A stretch of DNA of 64,000 bases from Nitrospirota bacterium (GTDB lineage Bacteria > Nitrospirota > Nitrospiria > JACQBW01): contig JACOTA010000011.1 in the NCBI GenBank assembly GCA_016178585.1, positions 20,341 to 84,340 of the forward strand, in the 5' to 3' direction. Shown in pieces: positions 18,569 through 27,057 of the stretch (within the stretch, counting starts at the first letter, position 1; each line of letters opens with the position of its first letter). Position numbers and translations under genes: made by a program. A model generated the notes under the pieces. The model had not been told where the DNA came from and ran no database searches. It worked only from the letters and a program-made list of their open reading frames with translations.

Positions 18569-19708
18569 ATGAATTCAAAAATTAAGATTCTGATTTTTGG
18601 TTTATTTGTTTGTTTTCTTGTTGTTTTAACATCATATCTTTATCTTAATCATTCAAATAATCAAGTTATCTCCACCTTAGAAAAACCGGATCAGCCATTA
18701 AAAAATCCTCTCTTACCAGATCTTCAAGAACGCATTAAACCTGACATTGCCAAACAAGGGAAAAAAATCGAAATTGATGAAAAATCTCCCCTGCAACAAA
18801 AATCTGCCAGTCCAAAAAAACATCTTTTGAAAGGAATAAAAAAAACCGGGGATACTGATCATTTGTTTCAAAATAAGATATTTCCTTCACAGGAGGCCTT
18901 AATTGCGAACCCATCGTCTTCCGGAGAGGAAAGAGAAATTTATACAGTCGTTGCTCCATATGTGGCCCTTGATGGATATGAAATCATGAAAAAAACATTA
19001 AAAATTAAAAGACCCAGAGATGAGTCTACTACGGTTACATTTCGTCTCATTTTCAAAGAAAAAGATGAAAAGAGTATTGTTACCAAACGATATTGGAAAC
19101 AGTTTGATGAAAAAGATGACATCCAATCAAAAACTCTTATCTTAGTTGATGACGCTGGAAGTGCAGAGTTTAGATGGACTGTTTTAATGATGACCGCTTT
19201 TGTGGTCAATCCAGAGGATGAAATTTCTTGGATTCTTCCGTCTTTAAGGAAAAAGGAGCTTGAAATCACACATGCTAAGGATGGGAACTTTTTAGGTTCG
19301 GATTTTACTATTGAAGATTTATCAGACCAGAAACTTGGAGAAGGAGAACACCATTTCTTGAGACAAGAAGATTGCAGGAGTGGCGGTAGAGAAAAATGTT
19401 ACCTTGTGGAGACAATATTTAAAAAAGGGCCCTATAGTAAACAGATTCGTTGGATAAAGGAGCAAGATTTTACGACGACGAAAATCGAGCACTATGATCA
19501 AAAAGGGAATCTTTTTAAAACTCAGTACATAGATTGGCAAACAATAGACGACTATAAGGTATGGCTCAGTTCGGAAATGGTAAATAATCAAAACATGCAT
19601 AAAACAAAATATGATATTTCGTTTTTAAAAATAAATTCAAACTTAAAAGACAGCCTGTTTGATATAAAGTCATATACAACAAAAGGAAATTGGAAAAATT
19701 TGCCTTGA
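18569..19708 (+). CDS. LolA-like outer-membrane lipoprotein-sorting family protein (DUF/LolA_like), secreted
   Basis: 379 aa with an N-terminal signal/TM. The C-terminal region carries the hallmark GSDFTIEDL motif of LolA-like proteins. The coding sequence is very AT-rich (about 30% GC). Confidence 0.5.
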   Translation: MNSKIKILIFGLFVCFLVVLTSYLYLNHSNNQVISTLEKPDQPLKNPLLPDLQERIKPDIAKQGKKIEIDEKSPLQQKSASPKKHLLKGIKKTGDTDHLFQNKIFPSQEALIANPSSSGEEREIYTVVAPYVALDGYEIMKKTLKIKRPRDESTTVTFRLIFKEKDEKSIVTKRYWKQFDEKDDIQSKTLILVDDAGSAEFRWTVLMMTAFVVNPEDEISWILPSLRKKELEITHAKDGNFLGSDFTIEDLSDQKLGEGEHHFLRQEDCRSGGREKCYLVETIFKKGPYSKQIRWIKEQDFTTTKIEHYDQKGNLFKTQYIDWQTIDDYKVWLSSEMVNNQNMHKTKYDISFLKINSNLKDSLFDIKSYTTKGNWKNLP

Positions 19709-19963
19709 GTGGATTAAAAAATTTCCGACTTATAGGAAGAGGTTTTCTGATAACAATAGTTTTTGTAAAAATCAGAATAGGATTGTTCCTCCAAAAAATA
19801 GAAAGGTACTTCCTGAAACAGCCGTAACATCTATACCACGATACACTATTTCTACCGGCATTCAACAAAAAAGGTTATCCATTTTGTCAAGAATGACATT
19901 AAAGCGTTCAACGATTTCCGCTGGCATCAGCATTTCCATGGTTTTCTATCTTCGATTATAGAT

Positions 19964-19992
19964 TTGCAAAGTTTATGGTTATTCATTAATAT
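19964..19992 (+). promoter_or_regulatory. sigma70-like promoter candidate (TTGCAA-17 nt-TAATAT) reading into cassette array; followed by direct repeats CCAGATAC CAGATAC and core site GTTGGGC (20014-20020)
   Basis: TTGCAA at 19964-19969 and TAATAT at 19987-19992. A tandem CAGATAC x2 lies at 19993-20007, and the GTTRRRY-type core GTTGGGC at 20014-20020 sits exactly at the AT-to-GC composition jump. Confidence 0.35.
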
Positions 19993-20049
19993 CCAGATAC
20001 CAGATACTTAATTGTTGGGCTTGCTGTTTCATTGCAGTAGAGGTCTTTC

Positions 20050-20424
20050 ATGGCCAAGAAACCGAAGCGCGACCCAGAGCGCGAGGAGCGCATCATGATG
20101 GAGATCGTCGTCGATGCCTATGGCGCACAAGAAAGGGCGATGGGGTGGTACTACTATCTGGAAGACCAGCTCCAGTTTCCGTTCACGGCGATTTGCACTA
20201 CCAAGCGAGCTATTTCTCCTCTCCGCGTGAAAGATGAGGTCGAGGTCATCGGGACGTGCGGTGAGGATGAATGTGAACACGAGATATTTGTCACGATCCG
20301 CTGGGAGAAGGAGGGTCTGGCCGTGCCGTTAGCGCAGCTGAAGCCGATCAGCGAGACGGAAGAACGGACGAAGGAGGCGGTAGCAGATTGGCATTACTGG
20401 GTTCAGATGGGTTATGAGTTCTGA
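20050..20424 (+). CDS. CcbP-like acidic calcium-binding protein family (cassette gene)
   Basis: 124 aa, acidic (MAKKPKRDPEREERIMMEIVVDAYGAQERAMGWYYYLEDQLQFPF…EDECEHEIFVTIRWEKEGLAVPL…WHYWVQMGYEF). The family assignment is from memory of CcbP-like calcium-binding proteins. Confidence 0.5.
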   Translation: MAKKPKRDPEREERIMMEIVVDAYGAQERAMGWYYYLEDQLQFPFTAICTTKRAISPLRVKDEVEVIGTCGEDECEHEIFVTIRWEKEGLAVPLAQLKPISETEERTKEAVADWHYWVQMGYEF

Positions 20425-21003
20425 GAAAGGCGAGCCGATCGCATAAAGCCGTCGCATTTGAGGGGCATTATTTTGTGGCGGCTCACCCTAATCGTTGAGA
20501 CTGTAGAAATGCCTCCCCGCGAAAACTTTTGGAGAAACTTGAAACACGAGACTGCGTAGAATGCCCTATATTGAACGATCGGATACCTGGGAAGGGTTCT
20601 CTCAGACACCCTCCCTAAATCGATTGTATGGATGCTCCAAGTACTTCTTCTACGGGCTCGTTATGAAGTATTTTCTCGGTAATCATCAAATTTTATGGTC
20701 TCCATTTTCGATAAATCAAAGGTGGACACTCCGCCGAGAGCTGCTTCCTGAAGTCGAGTAATTGGGAACATTCTTATTCGTTGTAGATTTCAAGTGGAAA
20801 GCGGAAGATCTTATGCTGATCCGCATATGACGCCATCATAACAAGGTCTAATTGATGCAAGTAGCCGAGACTTAGGAGGTTATGAGAGTTGTATTATCCG
20901 AATCGCCCGTATATTATATGGATCGGGAACCGATGTTTCGCAGATTATGCGGATCAATCTAACCATAGTTAGGCGGCTTAACAACCGGCGGCGGAGGTAG
21001 CAG

Positions 21004-21405
21004 ATGGGACCTGATGAACGAGAAATCCGCGAGGTTCATTCGACCTGGATCAATGCCGTCAATGCCGGCGATCTGGTTCGCTTGCTCACGTTGATGGCGG
21101 ACGATGTCGTGTTCCTCAATCCGGGCCAAGCGCCGTTCGGCCGGGATGGATTCTCCGCCAACTTCTCGGCCGCGCACCAACAGGCTCGGATCCGTTGCAG
21201 CAGCGAGTTGGAAGAGGTCGTAGTCATCGGCGAAGTCGCGTACACTCGGAGCCGGGACGCGTTGTCGGTGACCCCGCGCGCAGGCGGGGAAGCGACGCAG
21301 CTCGCCGGTCATCGGATCACGGTATACCGCAAACAGCCCGACGGCCGCTGGCTCTTGTCCCGCGATGCCCATACGCTGTCCCCGGTTGAGGAATTGAGAT
21401 CGTAA
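21004..21405 (+). CDS. NTF2-like / SgcJ-EcaC (DUF4440) family protein (cassette gene)
   Basis: 133 aa (…IREVHSTWINAVNAGDLVRLLTLMADDVVFLNPGQAPFGRDGF…) with the typical SnoaL/DUF4440 N-terminal motif. It starts 30 nt after a GTTAGGC core. Confidence 0.65.
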   Translation: MGPDEREIREVHSTWINAVNAGDLVRLLTLMADDVVFLNPGQAPFGRDGFSANFSAAHQQARIRCSSELEEVVVIGEVAYTRSRDALSVTPRAGGEATQLAGHRITVYRKQPDGRWLLSRDAHTLSPVEELRS

Positions 21406-21437
21406 GAAAGGCGTTCTCGGCGGCATAAAGGTACGCC

Positions 21438-21497
21438 GCCTAACAATTCATTCAAGCCGACGCCGCTTCGCGGCGCGGCTTAATTCAGACGTTAGGC
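21438..21497 (+). repeat. integron attC site (59-be), aadA-type
   Basis: GCCTAACAATTCATTCAAGCCGACGCCGCTTCGCGGCGCGGCTTAATTCAGACGTTAGGC. It has an R'' inverse core GCCTAAC, a palindromic centre GCCGACGCCGC/GCGGCGCGGC and an R' core GTTAGGC. From memory it is near-identical to the aadA1 59-base element (…CTAACAATTCGTTCAAGCCGACGCCGCTTCGCGGCGCGGCTTAACTCAAGCGTTAGAT). Confidence 0.75.
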
Positions 21498-21504
21498 CTC
21501 GGGT

Positions 21505-22326
21505 ATGTCGCGCAATCGCATAACCATCCTCCATGACTCGTTCGGAAAGCGCGCCGACCTGACCAAGGATTGGGGTTTTGCCGCGCTGGTCGAGTTCGCC
21601 GGAAAGCGCATCTTGTTCGATACCGGCAACAATGCGCGGACCTTTGCTCAAAACACTGAGGCACTTGGCGTCGATCTGCGGAAACTTGACTTTGCGGCAA
21701 TCTCTCATCGACATGGCGACCACACAAGCGGGCTGAACCACCTGTTTAAGCTAAATCCCGGCATAACGGTGTATACGCCCGACGAGACGTACGGAGTTTT
21801 CGGTTCCAGTCTTCCCGGCATCTTCTATCCGCGCTGCCATTCGCTTCCGGCATATATGCAGTACTACGATGGTCAGCCGCCGGAAACTATTCGCCACGGG
21901 ACACCATGGCCGGAGGCCAAATTCGTCTGGGTCAAGGAGACGACTGAGATCGCCCAAGATGTCTGGCTAGTCGCGGTGGTTTCGGACATGCCGGGCACTC
22001 GCGAGATGCGTGAGCTGTCTCTGGCACTGCGGACACCTCGCGGATTGGTTCTAGTGGCGGGCTGCTCTCATCCAGGAATCGAGAATATTCTCGCAGCGTC
22101 GCGTGCGGTCTACGACCACCTCTACTGTATTTTCGGAGGCCTTCATCTAGTTTTGACAAAGGAGCCAGAAATTCGACGCATCGCAAATGCTCTACGCGAG
22201 CAATGGCGCGTGGATCAGATTGCGCCCGGACACTGCACCGGCGAGCCCGCATTCCTGGCACTAAGCGAAGCGTTCGGAGAAAGATACATATGCGCTGGTT
22301 TGGGAGACACAATTGATCTTCCCTGA
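21505..22326 (+). CDS. MBL-fold metallo-hydrolase (cassette gene)
   Basis: 273 aa with an HxHxDH motif (AISHRHGDHTSGLNHL) and downstream His/Asp ligands. The ATG lies 8 nt after the attC R' core. Confidence 0.75.
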   Translation: MSRNRITILHDSFGKRADLTKDWGFAALVEFAGKRILFDTGNNARTFAQNTEALGVDLRKLDFAAISHRHGDHTSGLNHLFKLNPGITVYTPDETYGVFGSSLPGIFYPRCHSLPAYMQYYDGQPPETIRHGTPWPEAKFVWVKETTEIAQDVWLVAVVSDMPGTREMRELSLALRTPRGLVLVAGCSHPGIENILAASRAVYDHLYCIFGGLHLVLTKEPEIRRIANALREQWRVDQIAPGHCTGEPAFLALSEAFGERYICAGLGDTIDLP

Positions 22327-22343
22327 CCCGACGACTTCACTAG

Positions 22344-22401
22344 GCCTAACCACGCTTTGCAGCCGACGCGCAAACGGCGCGGCTGAATGCGGACGTTATG
22401 C
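22344..22401 (+). repeat. integron attC site
   Basis: GCCTAACCACGCTTTGCAGCCGACGCGCAAACGGCGCGGCTGAATGCGGACGTTATGC. It has the same R''/centre/R' organisation as attC1, with a bulged imperfect palindrome. Confidence 0.65.
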
Positions 22402-22697
22402 ACCCTTTCTTTCCGAAATCCTTATATTCCCAGGATCTTCTTCCTTGAGGATTCGTAGGTGCTATCCTCAAAAGATACAGGTTTTTAGACACTAATATTT
22501 ATTTTTTATTTCGACATTTTTTAAAAGGGTTCCACCTAAGTTGTGGGGGAACAAACCAGAGACTCCTTCTGGCTACCGCGGCAGTATCGCCACTTTCTGG
22601 ACGGCCGTTGCAAACCCCGGCTTGAAGAGGACCCGCAGGTTATGGTGTCTTTATTACAAAGAGGGGGGTGAAAGAAGGGAATTTTAAACTATGAAGC

Positions 22698-23498
22698 CTA
22701 AGGTAAGGGTTGTTTTTTCGTTTGGATCGTCTGGAGCATCTGAACCATTGAGGCATGAATACGTCCGTTTGTTGCTAAAATATTTTTTGAATAAATAGAA
22801 TAAGGTTCCCCATTAAATCCGGTGAGTTTTCCCCCGGACTCTTCAACGAATAAACTTCCTGCGGCAACATCCCAGGGGGAGAGTTTCATTTCCCAGAAAC
22901 CGTCAAAATGACCGGCGGCAACGTAGCAGAGGTCTAAAGCGGCAGACCCTGTTCTTCTGACGGCCTGGGCCGAACGGCTAAAATGATAGAAATGGTCAAA
23001 GTTATTATCTGGACTTTCCCGAAAATCATATGAAAATCCGGTGACCAGGAGGGCCTGACCAAGTTCGGAATTTTCAGATACATGGAGGGGATTTCCGTTA
23101 AGGAATGCCCCTTTCCCTTTCTCACCGTAAAAAAGATCATTTCGGACAGGGTCATGAACGACTCCCGCAATGACCGACCCTTCAAACTCCAGAGCGATAG
23201 AAACCGCGAAAAAAGGAAATCCATGAATATAATTGGTGGTTCCATCCAGGGGGTCGATAATCCATTTGTAGGAAGAATCTTTTTGCTGAAGTCCTCCTTC
23301 TTCGGCCAGGACTTGATGCTTTGGATAATGTTCTTTGATAAGATCGGTAATCACCTTTTCAGAATCGACGTCGATATTGGAAACGACGTTGTGTTTTCCC
23401 TCCCCCTTGAAATTAACTCGAATTTGGGACGTCCCTCGAAGGAGGACTTCTCCGGCTAATCGTGCGGCTGCCATGGCGACATCTAAGAACGACTTCAT
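22698..23498 (-). CDS. suhB: inositol monophosphatase family protein
   Basis: 266 aa (…WIIDPLDGTTNYIHGFP…, …ALDLCYVAAGHFDGFWE…) with IMPase signature motifs. Confidence 0.85.
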   Translation of the reverse strand: MKSFLDVAMAAARLAGEVLLRGTSQIRVNFKGEGKHNVVSNIDVDSEKVITDLIKEHYPKHQVLAEEGGLQQKDSSYKWIIDPLDGTTNYIHGFPFFAVSIALEFEGSVIAGVVHDPVRNDLFYGEKGKGAFLNGNPLHVSENSELGQALLVTGFSYDFRESPDNNFDHFYHFSRSAQAVRRTGSAALDLCYVAAGHFDGFWEMKLSPWDVAAGSLFVEESGGKLTGFNGEPYSIYSKNILATNGRIHASMVQMLQTIQTKKQPLP

Positions 23499-26143
23499 CG
23501 GGATCTATTCTCTCTTTTTTCCAAAGACATCTTGAGATGGTGAATAAAATTTAAAGCCTCCAGAGGGGTTAGATTTAAAGGGTCGATTTTCTTTAATTGA
23601 TCAATAATTTGGTCGTGGGGGTCTTCCTGGTTTGAAAGAAATAAATCGACCTGGGTATCTTTTAAGGGAGATTCTTCCCCGGCGTGAGAATGGGAGATTT
23701 TAGGGAGACCGTTTGGGTCCAGCGTTTCCCCTTCCAGATTTTCTAAAACTTCTTTAGAGCGTTGAATGACCTCAGGGGGAATCCCGGCCAGCCGGGCAAC
23801 CTGAATTCCGTAACTTCGATCGGCGATTCCCGTAACAATTTTTCTCAGAAAGATAATTTCATCATTCCATTCTTTAACAGAGATATTGTAGTTTTGAACA
23901 TTGTTAAAAGAAAGGGCGAGGCCCGTGAGTTCGAGGTAATGTGTCGCAAAGAGGGTTCGAGTGTGGAGATTTTTCAGAATGTATTCAGCGATGGCCCAGG
24001 CGATGCTGATGCCGTCATAGGTGCTCGTTCCTCTCCCGATTTCATCCAGAATGATCAGACTTTTTGAGGTAGCGCTGGTTAAAATATTGGCTGCCTCCGT
24101 CATTTCGACCATAAAGGTGCTTTGTCCCTGGGTTAAATAGTCCGCCGCGCCAATTCGGGTGTACATCCGGTCGACCATTCCAATGGCACACTCCCTGGCT
24201 GGAACAAAGCTCCCCATTTGAGCCATGATAACGATTAAAGCGACCTGACGCATATACGTTGATTTTCCCGCCATGTTAGGACCGGTAATGATCATCATCT
24301 GGTTGTTTTCGCTCAGAAACGTATCATTCGGGACGAATTGTCCGGTTGGGAGGATTTTTTCAATGACGGGATGCCTTCCCTCGACAATTTTTAACCCGTT
24401 TTCCCACTTGATAACAGGCCGGACATAATGATTTTCCCTGGCAATTTCCGCAAACGTGTTCAGGAGGTCCAAAATGCTCAGCGTGTCGGCCATGGCCAGA
24501 ATCCTTGCCGATTCTACGGAGATTTGGCGCCTTATTTTTTCAAAAAGAGCCTGTTCCACCTCTTTAATCGATTTTTCGGCCTCATTAATTTTAATCTCAA
24601 ATTCCGATAATTCAGAAATAGTGTAACGTTCCGCATTCGTAAGCGTTTGTTTCCGTTGATAGTGAGCGGGGACACGATCGAGCTTTCCCTTTGGAATTTC
24701 AATATAGTAGCCAGCCACCTGGTTATACCGGATTTTTAAAGAGTCGATTCCAGTTTGCTCCTTTTCCCGAATTTCCAGAGAGGTGATAAAAGATTTCATA
24801 TTTCGGCCTAGCGATTTTAATTCATCTAATTCCGATGAATAGCCCTCTTTAAATAAAAAACCCTCTTTTGTTAAAAAAGGCGGCTCCTCAGAAATCGCTT
24901 CATCAATCAGACGATAGAGATCTTCGAGATTGTCCCACTTTTTCACAAGGTCTTCTATCAGGAGCGGGAGGGGGATTTGAAGGAGCTTTTGAATGGATTT
25001 TAAAGGGGGGAGGGAGGCTTTTAGCGCAAGAAAATCCCTTCCGTTACAGCCCTTCAAGGTGATTCGGCTCACGATTCTTTCAACATCATGGATAGACTTT
25101 AGTTCGCTTTTGATCCGTTGCGACGACTCGAAATGGGTATAAAAAAACTCCACGGCCTCGTATCTTCCTTCAATTTCTTCTTTGTGAATCAATGGTCGAG
25201 TCATCCATTTCTTTAAGAGCCGGCTTCCCATAGGGGTCTGGTTTTGGTCAAAAACCCACAATAAAGAATGCTCTCTTTTTCCGTCATAGGTGTTTTGGAA
25301 TAAGTCGAGGCTTTTGTGAGTGGAAGGGTCCATGACCATAAAGGTTTCAGATCGAATCCGTTTAAGCCGGATGACATGGTCTAAAGGGGATTTTATCATG
25401 TTCAGGAGGTAAGACAGAAGGGTTCCCGCGGCGCAAAGAGCGGTTTTTTGATTCTCACAATCGAATCCCGACAGGTCGGTAAGGTTAAAATGTTGAAGGA
25501 GGGTTGAATATGATTTTTCAAAAGCAAATGAATCGGCGGGGAGTCGATGAATCTTCCAATTCTGATTTATTTTGATCCATTGAAAGCCGGGATTGGAATC
25601 GGACTCTTCCGGCATCAGGATTTCTTTAGGGAGAAGCGCGTTAAGTTCCTTGCACAAATCCGAATCTGAGGATTCTTCTTTAAATTCAACGCAGTTAAAA
25701 TCTCCCGTGGAAATGTCGAGATACGCCAGGCCGATGATTCCCGCGTTAAAACAAACGCTGGCAAAATAATTGTTAGTCTGGCTTTCCAGAAGTTCGGATT
25801 CAATCAGGGTGGCTGGTGAAATGACCCTTACCACTTCTCTTTTAACAATTCCTTTGGCCAGGCGGGGATCCTCGATTTGCTCACACAAAGCGACCTGGAG
25901 CCCCGATTTAATGAGTTTGGCGAGATAATTGTTTAAAGCATGGAAGGGAATGCCGCAAAGGGGGACCGGGTTTTCTTTCGACTTATCTCTGGAGGTCAAC
26001 GCGATGTTTAAGATTTTTGACGCAGAAACCGCATCTTCAAAAAACATTTCGTAAAAATCGCCCACGCGAAACAGGAGAATCGCATCGGGATAATTTTTTT
26101 TTATCTCCAGGTATTGTCTCATCAGGGGCGTATTATCCATCAA
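23495..26143 (-). CDS. mutS: DNA mismatch repair protein MutS
   Basis: 882 aa with an N-terminal mismatch-binding domain (TPLMRQYLEIKKNYPDAILLFRVGDFYEMFFEDA) and a Walker A ITGPNMAGKSTYMRQ. Confidence 0.95.
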   Translation of the reverse strand: MMDNTPLMRQYLEIKKNYPDAILLFRVGDFYEMFFEDAVSASKILNIALTSRDKSKENPVPLCGIPFHALNNYLAKLIKSGLQVALCEQIEDPRLAKGIVKREVVRVISPATLIESELLESQTNNYFASVCFNAGIIGLAYLDISTGDFNCVEFKEESSDSDLCKELNALLPKEILMPEESDSNPGFQWIKINQNWKIHRLPADSFAFEKSYSTLLQHFNLTDLSGFDCENQKTALCAAGTLLSYLLNMIKSPLDHVIRLKRIRSETFMVMDPSTHKSLDLFQNTYDGKREHSLLWVFDQNQTPMGSRLLKKWMTRPLIHKEEIEGRYEAVEFFYTHFESSQRIKSELKSIHDVERIVSRITLKGCNGRDFLALKASLPPLKSIQKLLQIPLPLLIEDLVKKWDNLEDLYRLIDEAISEEPPFLTKEGFLFKEGYSSELDELKSLGRNMKSFITSLEIREKEQTGIDSLKIRYNQVAGYYIEIPKGKLDRVPAHYQRKQTLTNAERYTISELSEFEIKINEAEKSIKEVEQALFEKIRRQISVESARILAMADTLSILDLLNTFAEIARENHYVRPVIKWENGLKIVEGRHPVIEKILPTGQFVPNDTFLSENNQMMIITGPNMAGKSTYMRQVALIVIMAQMGSFVPARECAIGMVDRMYTRIGAADYLTQGQSTFMVEMTEAANILTSATSKSLIILDEIGRGTSTYDGISIAWAIAEYILKNLHTRTLFATHYLELTGLALSFNNVQNYNISVKEWNDEIIFLRKIVTGIADRSYGIQVARLAGIPPEVIQRSKEVLENLEGETLDPNGLPKISHSHAGEESPLKDTQVDLFLSNQEDPHDQIIDQLKKIDPLNLTPLEALNFIHHLKMSLEKRENRSR

Positions 26144-26163
26144 AACACCTCGGGGAATTGACG

Positions 26164-26460
26164 CTAAAAAGGGTTGGGAGGTTTGACGCTATTTCTCAAT
26201 TGTCCCGCCTCTTCCTCAAGCGAATCGATTTCTTTTTTTTGGCGCCGGGACTCAAGCTTTAACTTTAACCAGCTGGGAAAGAGGAGAATGACAGCCGTCC
26301 CCAGTCCTGAAACAAACGTCCCGAGAAAAAGGAGATACAAAGGGATTGGGTCGCTGCTTTTCCCGAAGGTATAATGAATTTGAACGACCTGATCCTTGTT
26401 ATTGAACAGGATAAAAAAGAGGATAAACAAAATAAGCATGAAAAAAATCATTCGAATCAT
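26164..26460 (-). CDS. LapA-family (DUF1049) inner-membrane protein
   Basis: 98 aa with two TMs and a C-terminal charged coiled tail (…KLKLESRRQKKEIDSLEEEAGQLRN). Confidence 0.55.
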   Translation of the reverse strand: MIRMIFFMLILFILFFILFNNKDQVVQIHYTFGKSSDPIPLYLLFLGTFVSGLGTAVILLFPSWLKLKLESRRQKKEIDSLEEEAGQLRNSVKPPNPF

Positions 26461-26580
26461 CGGACCCCTCTCATTTATAGGGGCTCACGTCGCCCCCTTC
26501 ATCGGCAAAGCCGAGTGAAGCTTCCCCCTCACGCTTGCTTTGCTCGCTGGGTTTCGCACTGACAAAGTCAGGTGCTTCAC

Positions 26581-27057
26581 TTATTTAAAAAAAGGAAGAA
26601 TTTTACGATAGGTTAACTCCAAATGTTCAGGCATCGCTTTTACTTCGGCAAGGAGGGGCATGAAATTCGTGTCTCCCGTCCAGCGCGGGACGATGTGAAT
26701 ATGTACGTGATCTTCGATTCCTGCTCCGGCGGCTTTTCCCATATTAACGCCGATATTAAAACCGTCAGGATGAAAAGCTTGCTTGAGAGCGGAAATTGAA
26801 AGCTGAACCGTTTCCATCATTTCCGCGGCTGTTTCTTTGGATAAAAGATCGAGTCCGTTAACATGGTCATAGGGGCAAACCAGCAGATGGGCATGATTAT
26901 AGGGGTAAATATTCATCATGACAAATGACCGCTTGTTCTTAAAAAGAATAAAATTGTCGAGGTCTTTGCTTTCTTTGGGTTTTACACAAAATATGCACTC
27001 ATCCGTTTTTTGACTTTTGATGAACGTCATGCGCCAGGGGGCCCATAATTGTTTCAC
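26581..27057 (-). CDS. HIT family protein (histidine triad hydrolase)
   Basis: It begins V/MKQLWAPWRMTF… (typical HIT N-terminus) and carries the HIT motif HVHIHIVPRW. The GTG start at 27055-27057 overlaps the TGA stop of the upstream UDG gene (GTGA). The longer track ORF is rejected because it runs into the UDG gene. Confidence 0.75.
   Translation of the reverse strand: MKQLWAPWRMTFIKSQKTDECIFCVKPKESKDLDNFILFKNKRSFVMMNIYPYNHAHLLVCPYDHVNGLDLLSKETAAEMMETVQLSISALKQAFHPDGFNIGVNMGKAAGAGIEDHVHIHIVPRWTGDTNFMPLLAEVKAMPEHLELTYRKILPFFK

Larger units (their letters stand above)
20014..22401 (+). mobile_element. integron gene-cassette array (three or more cassettes separated by attC sites; no intI in window)
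   Basis: Two canonical attC sites (21438-21497, 22344-22401) each run R'' GCCTAAC…R' GTTAGGC/GTTATGC with a GC-rich imperfect palindromic centre. Further GTTRRRY core sites lie at 20968-20974 and 20014-20020. The enclosed genes are promoter-less, co-oriented and about 60% GC against about 47% in the flanks. Confidence 0.7.

Noticed and set aside
20425-20967. A coding cassette or separate attC between the CcbP-like gene and the NTF2-like cassette
   Set aside because: Only 65-66-aa ORFs without recognisable motifs are present, and only a truncated core pair (ATCTAAC-cata-GTTAGGC) lies at the 3' end. This is probably a decayed or non-coding cassette, so no CDS is called.
22402-22697. A fourth cassette or attC downstream of attC2, or a small structured RNA (GGTTCCACCTAAGTTGTGGGGGAAC…)
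   Set aside because: There is no RYYYAAC/GTTRRRY pair with an intervening palindrome and no credible ORF. It resembles neither SRP, 6S, tmRNA nor RNase P. It is left as unassigned flank.
18300-23000. Integron integrase (intI) gene expected next to the cassette array
   Set aside because: No ORF in the six-frame track in this interval has tyrosine-recombinase length or motifs (R…HxxR…Y). The only sizeable ORFs are the LolA-like gene and the cassette genes. The array is therefore reported as integrase-less within this window.
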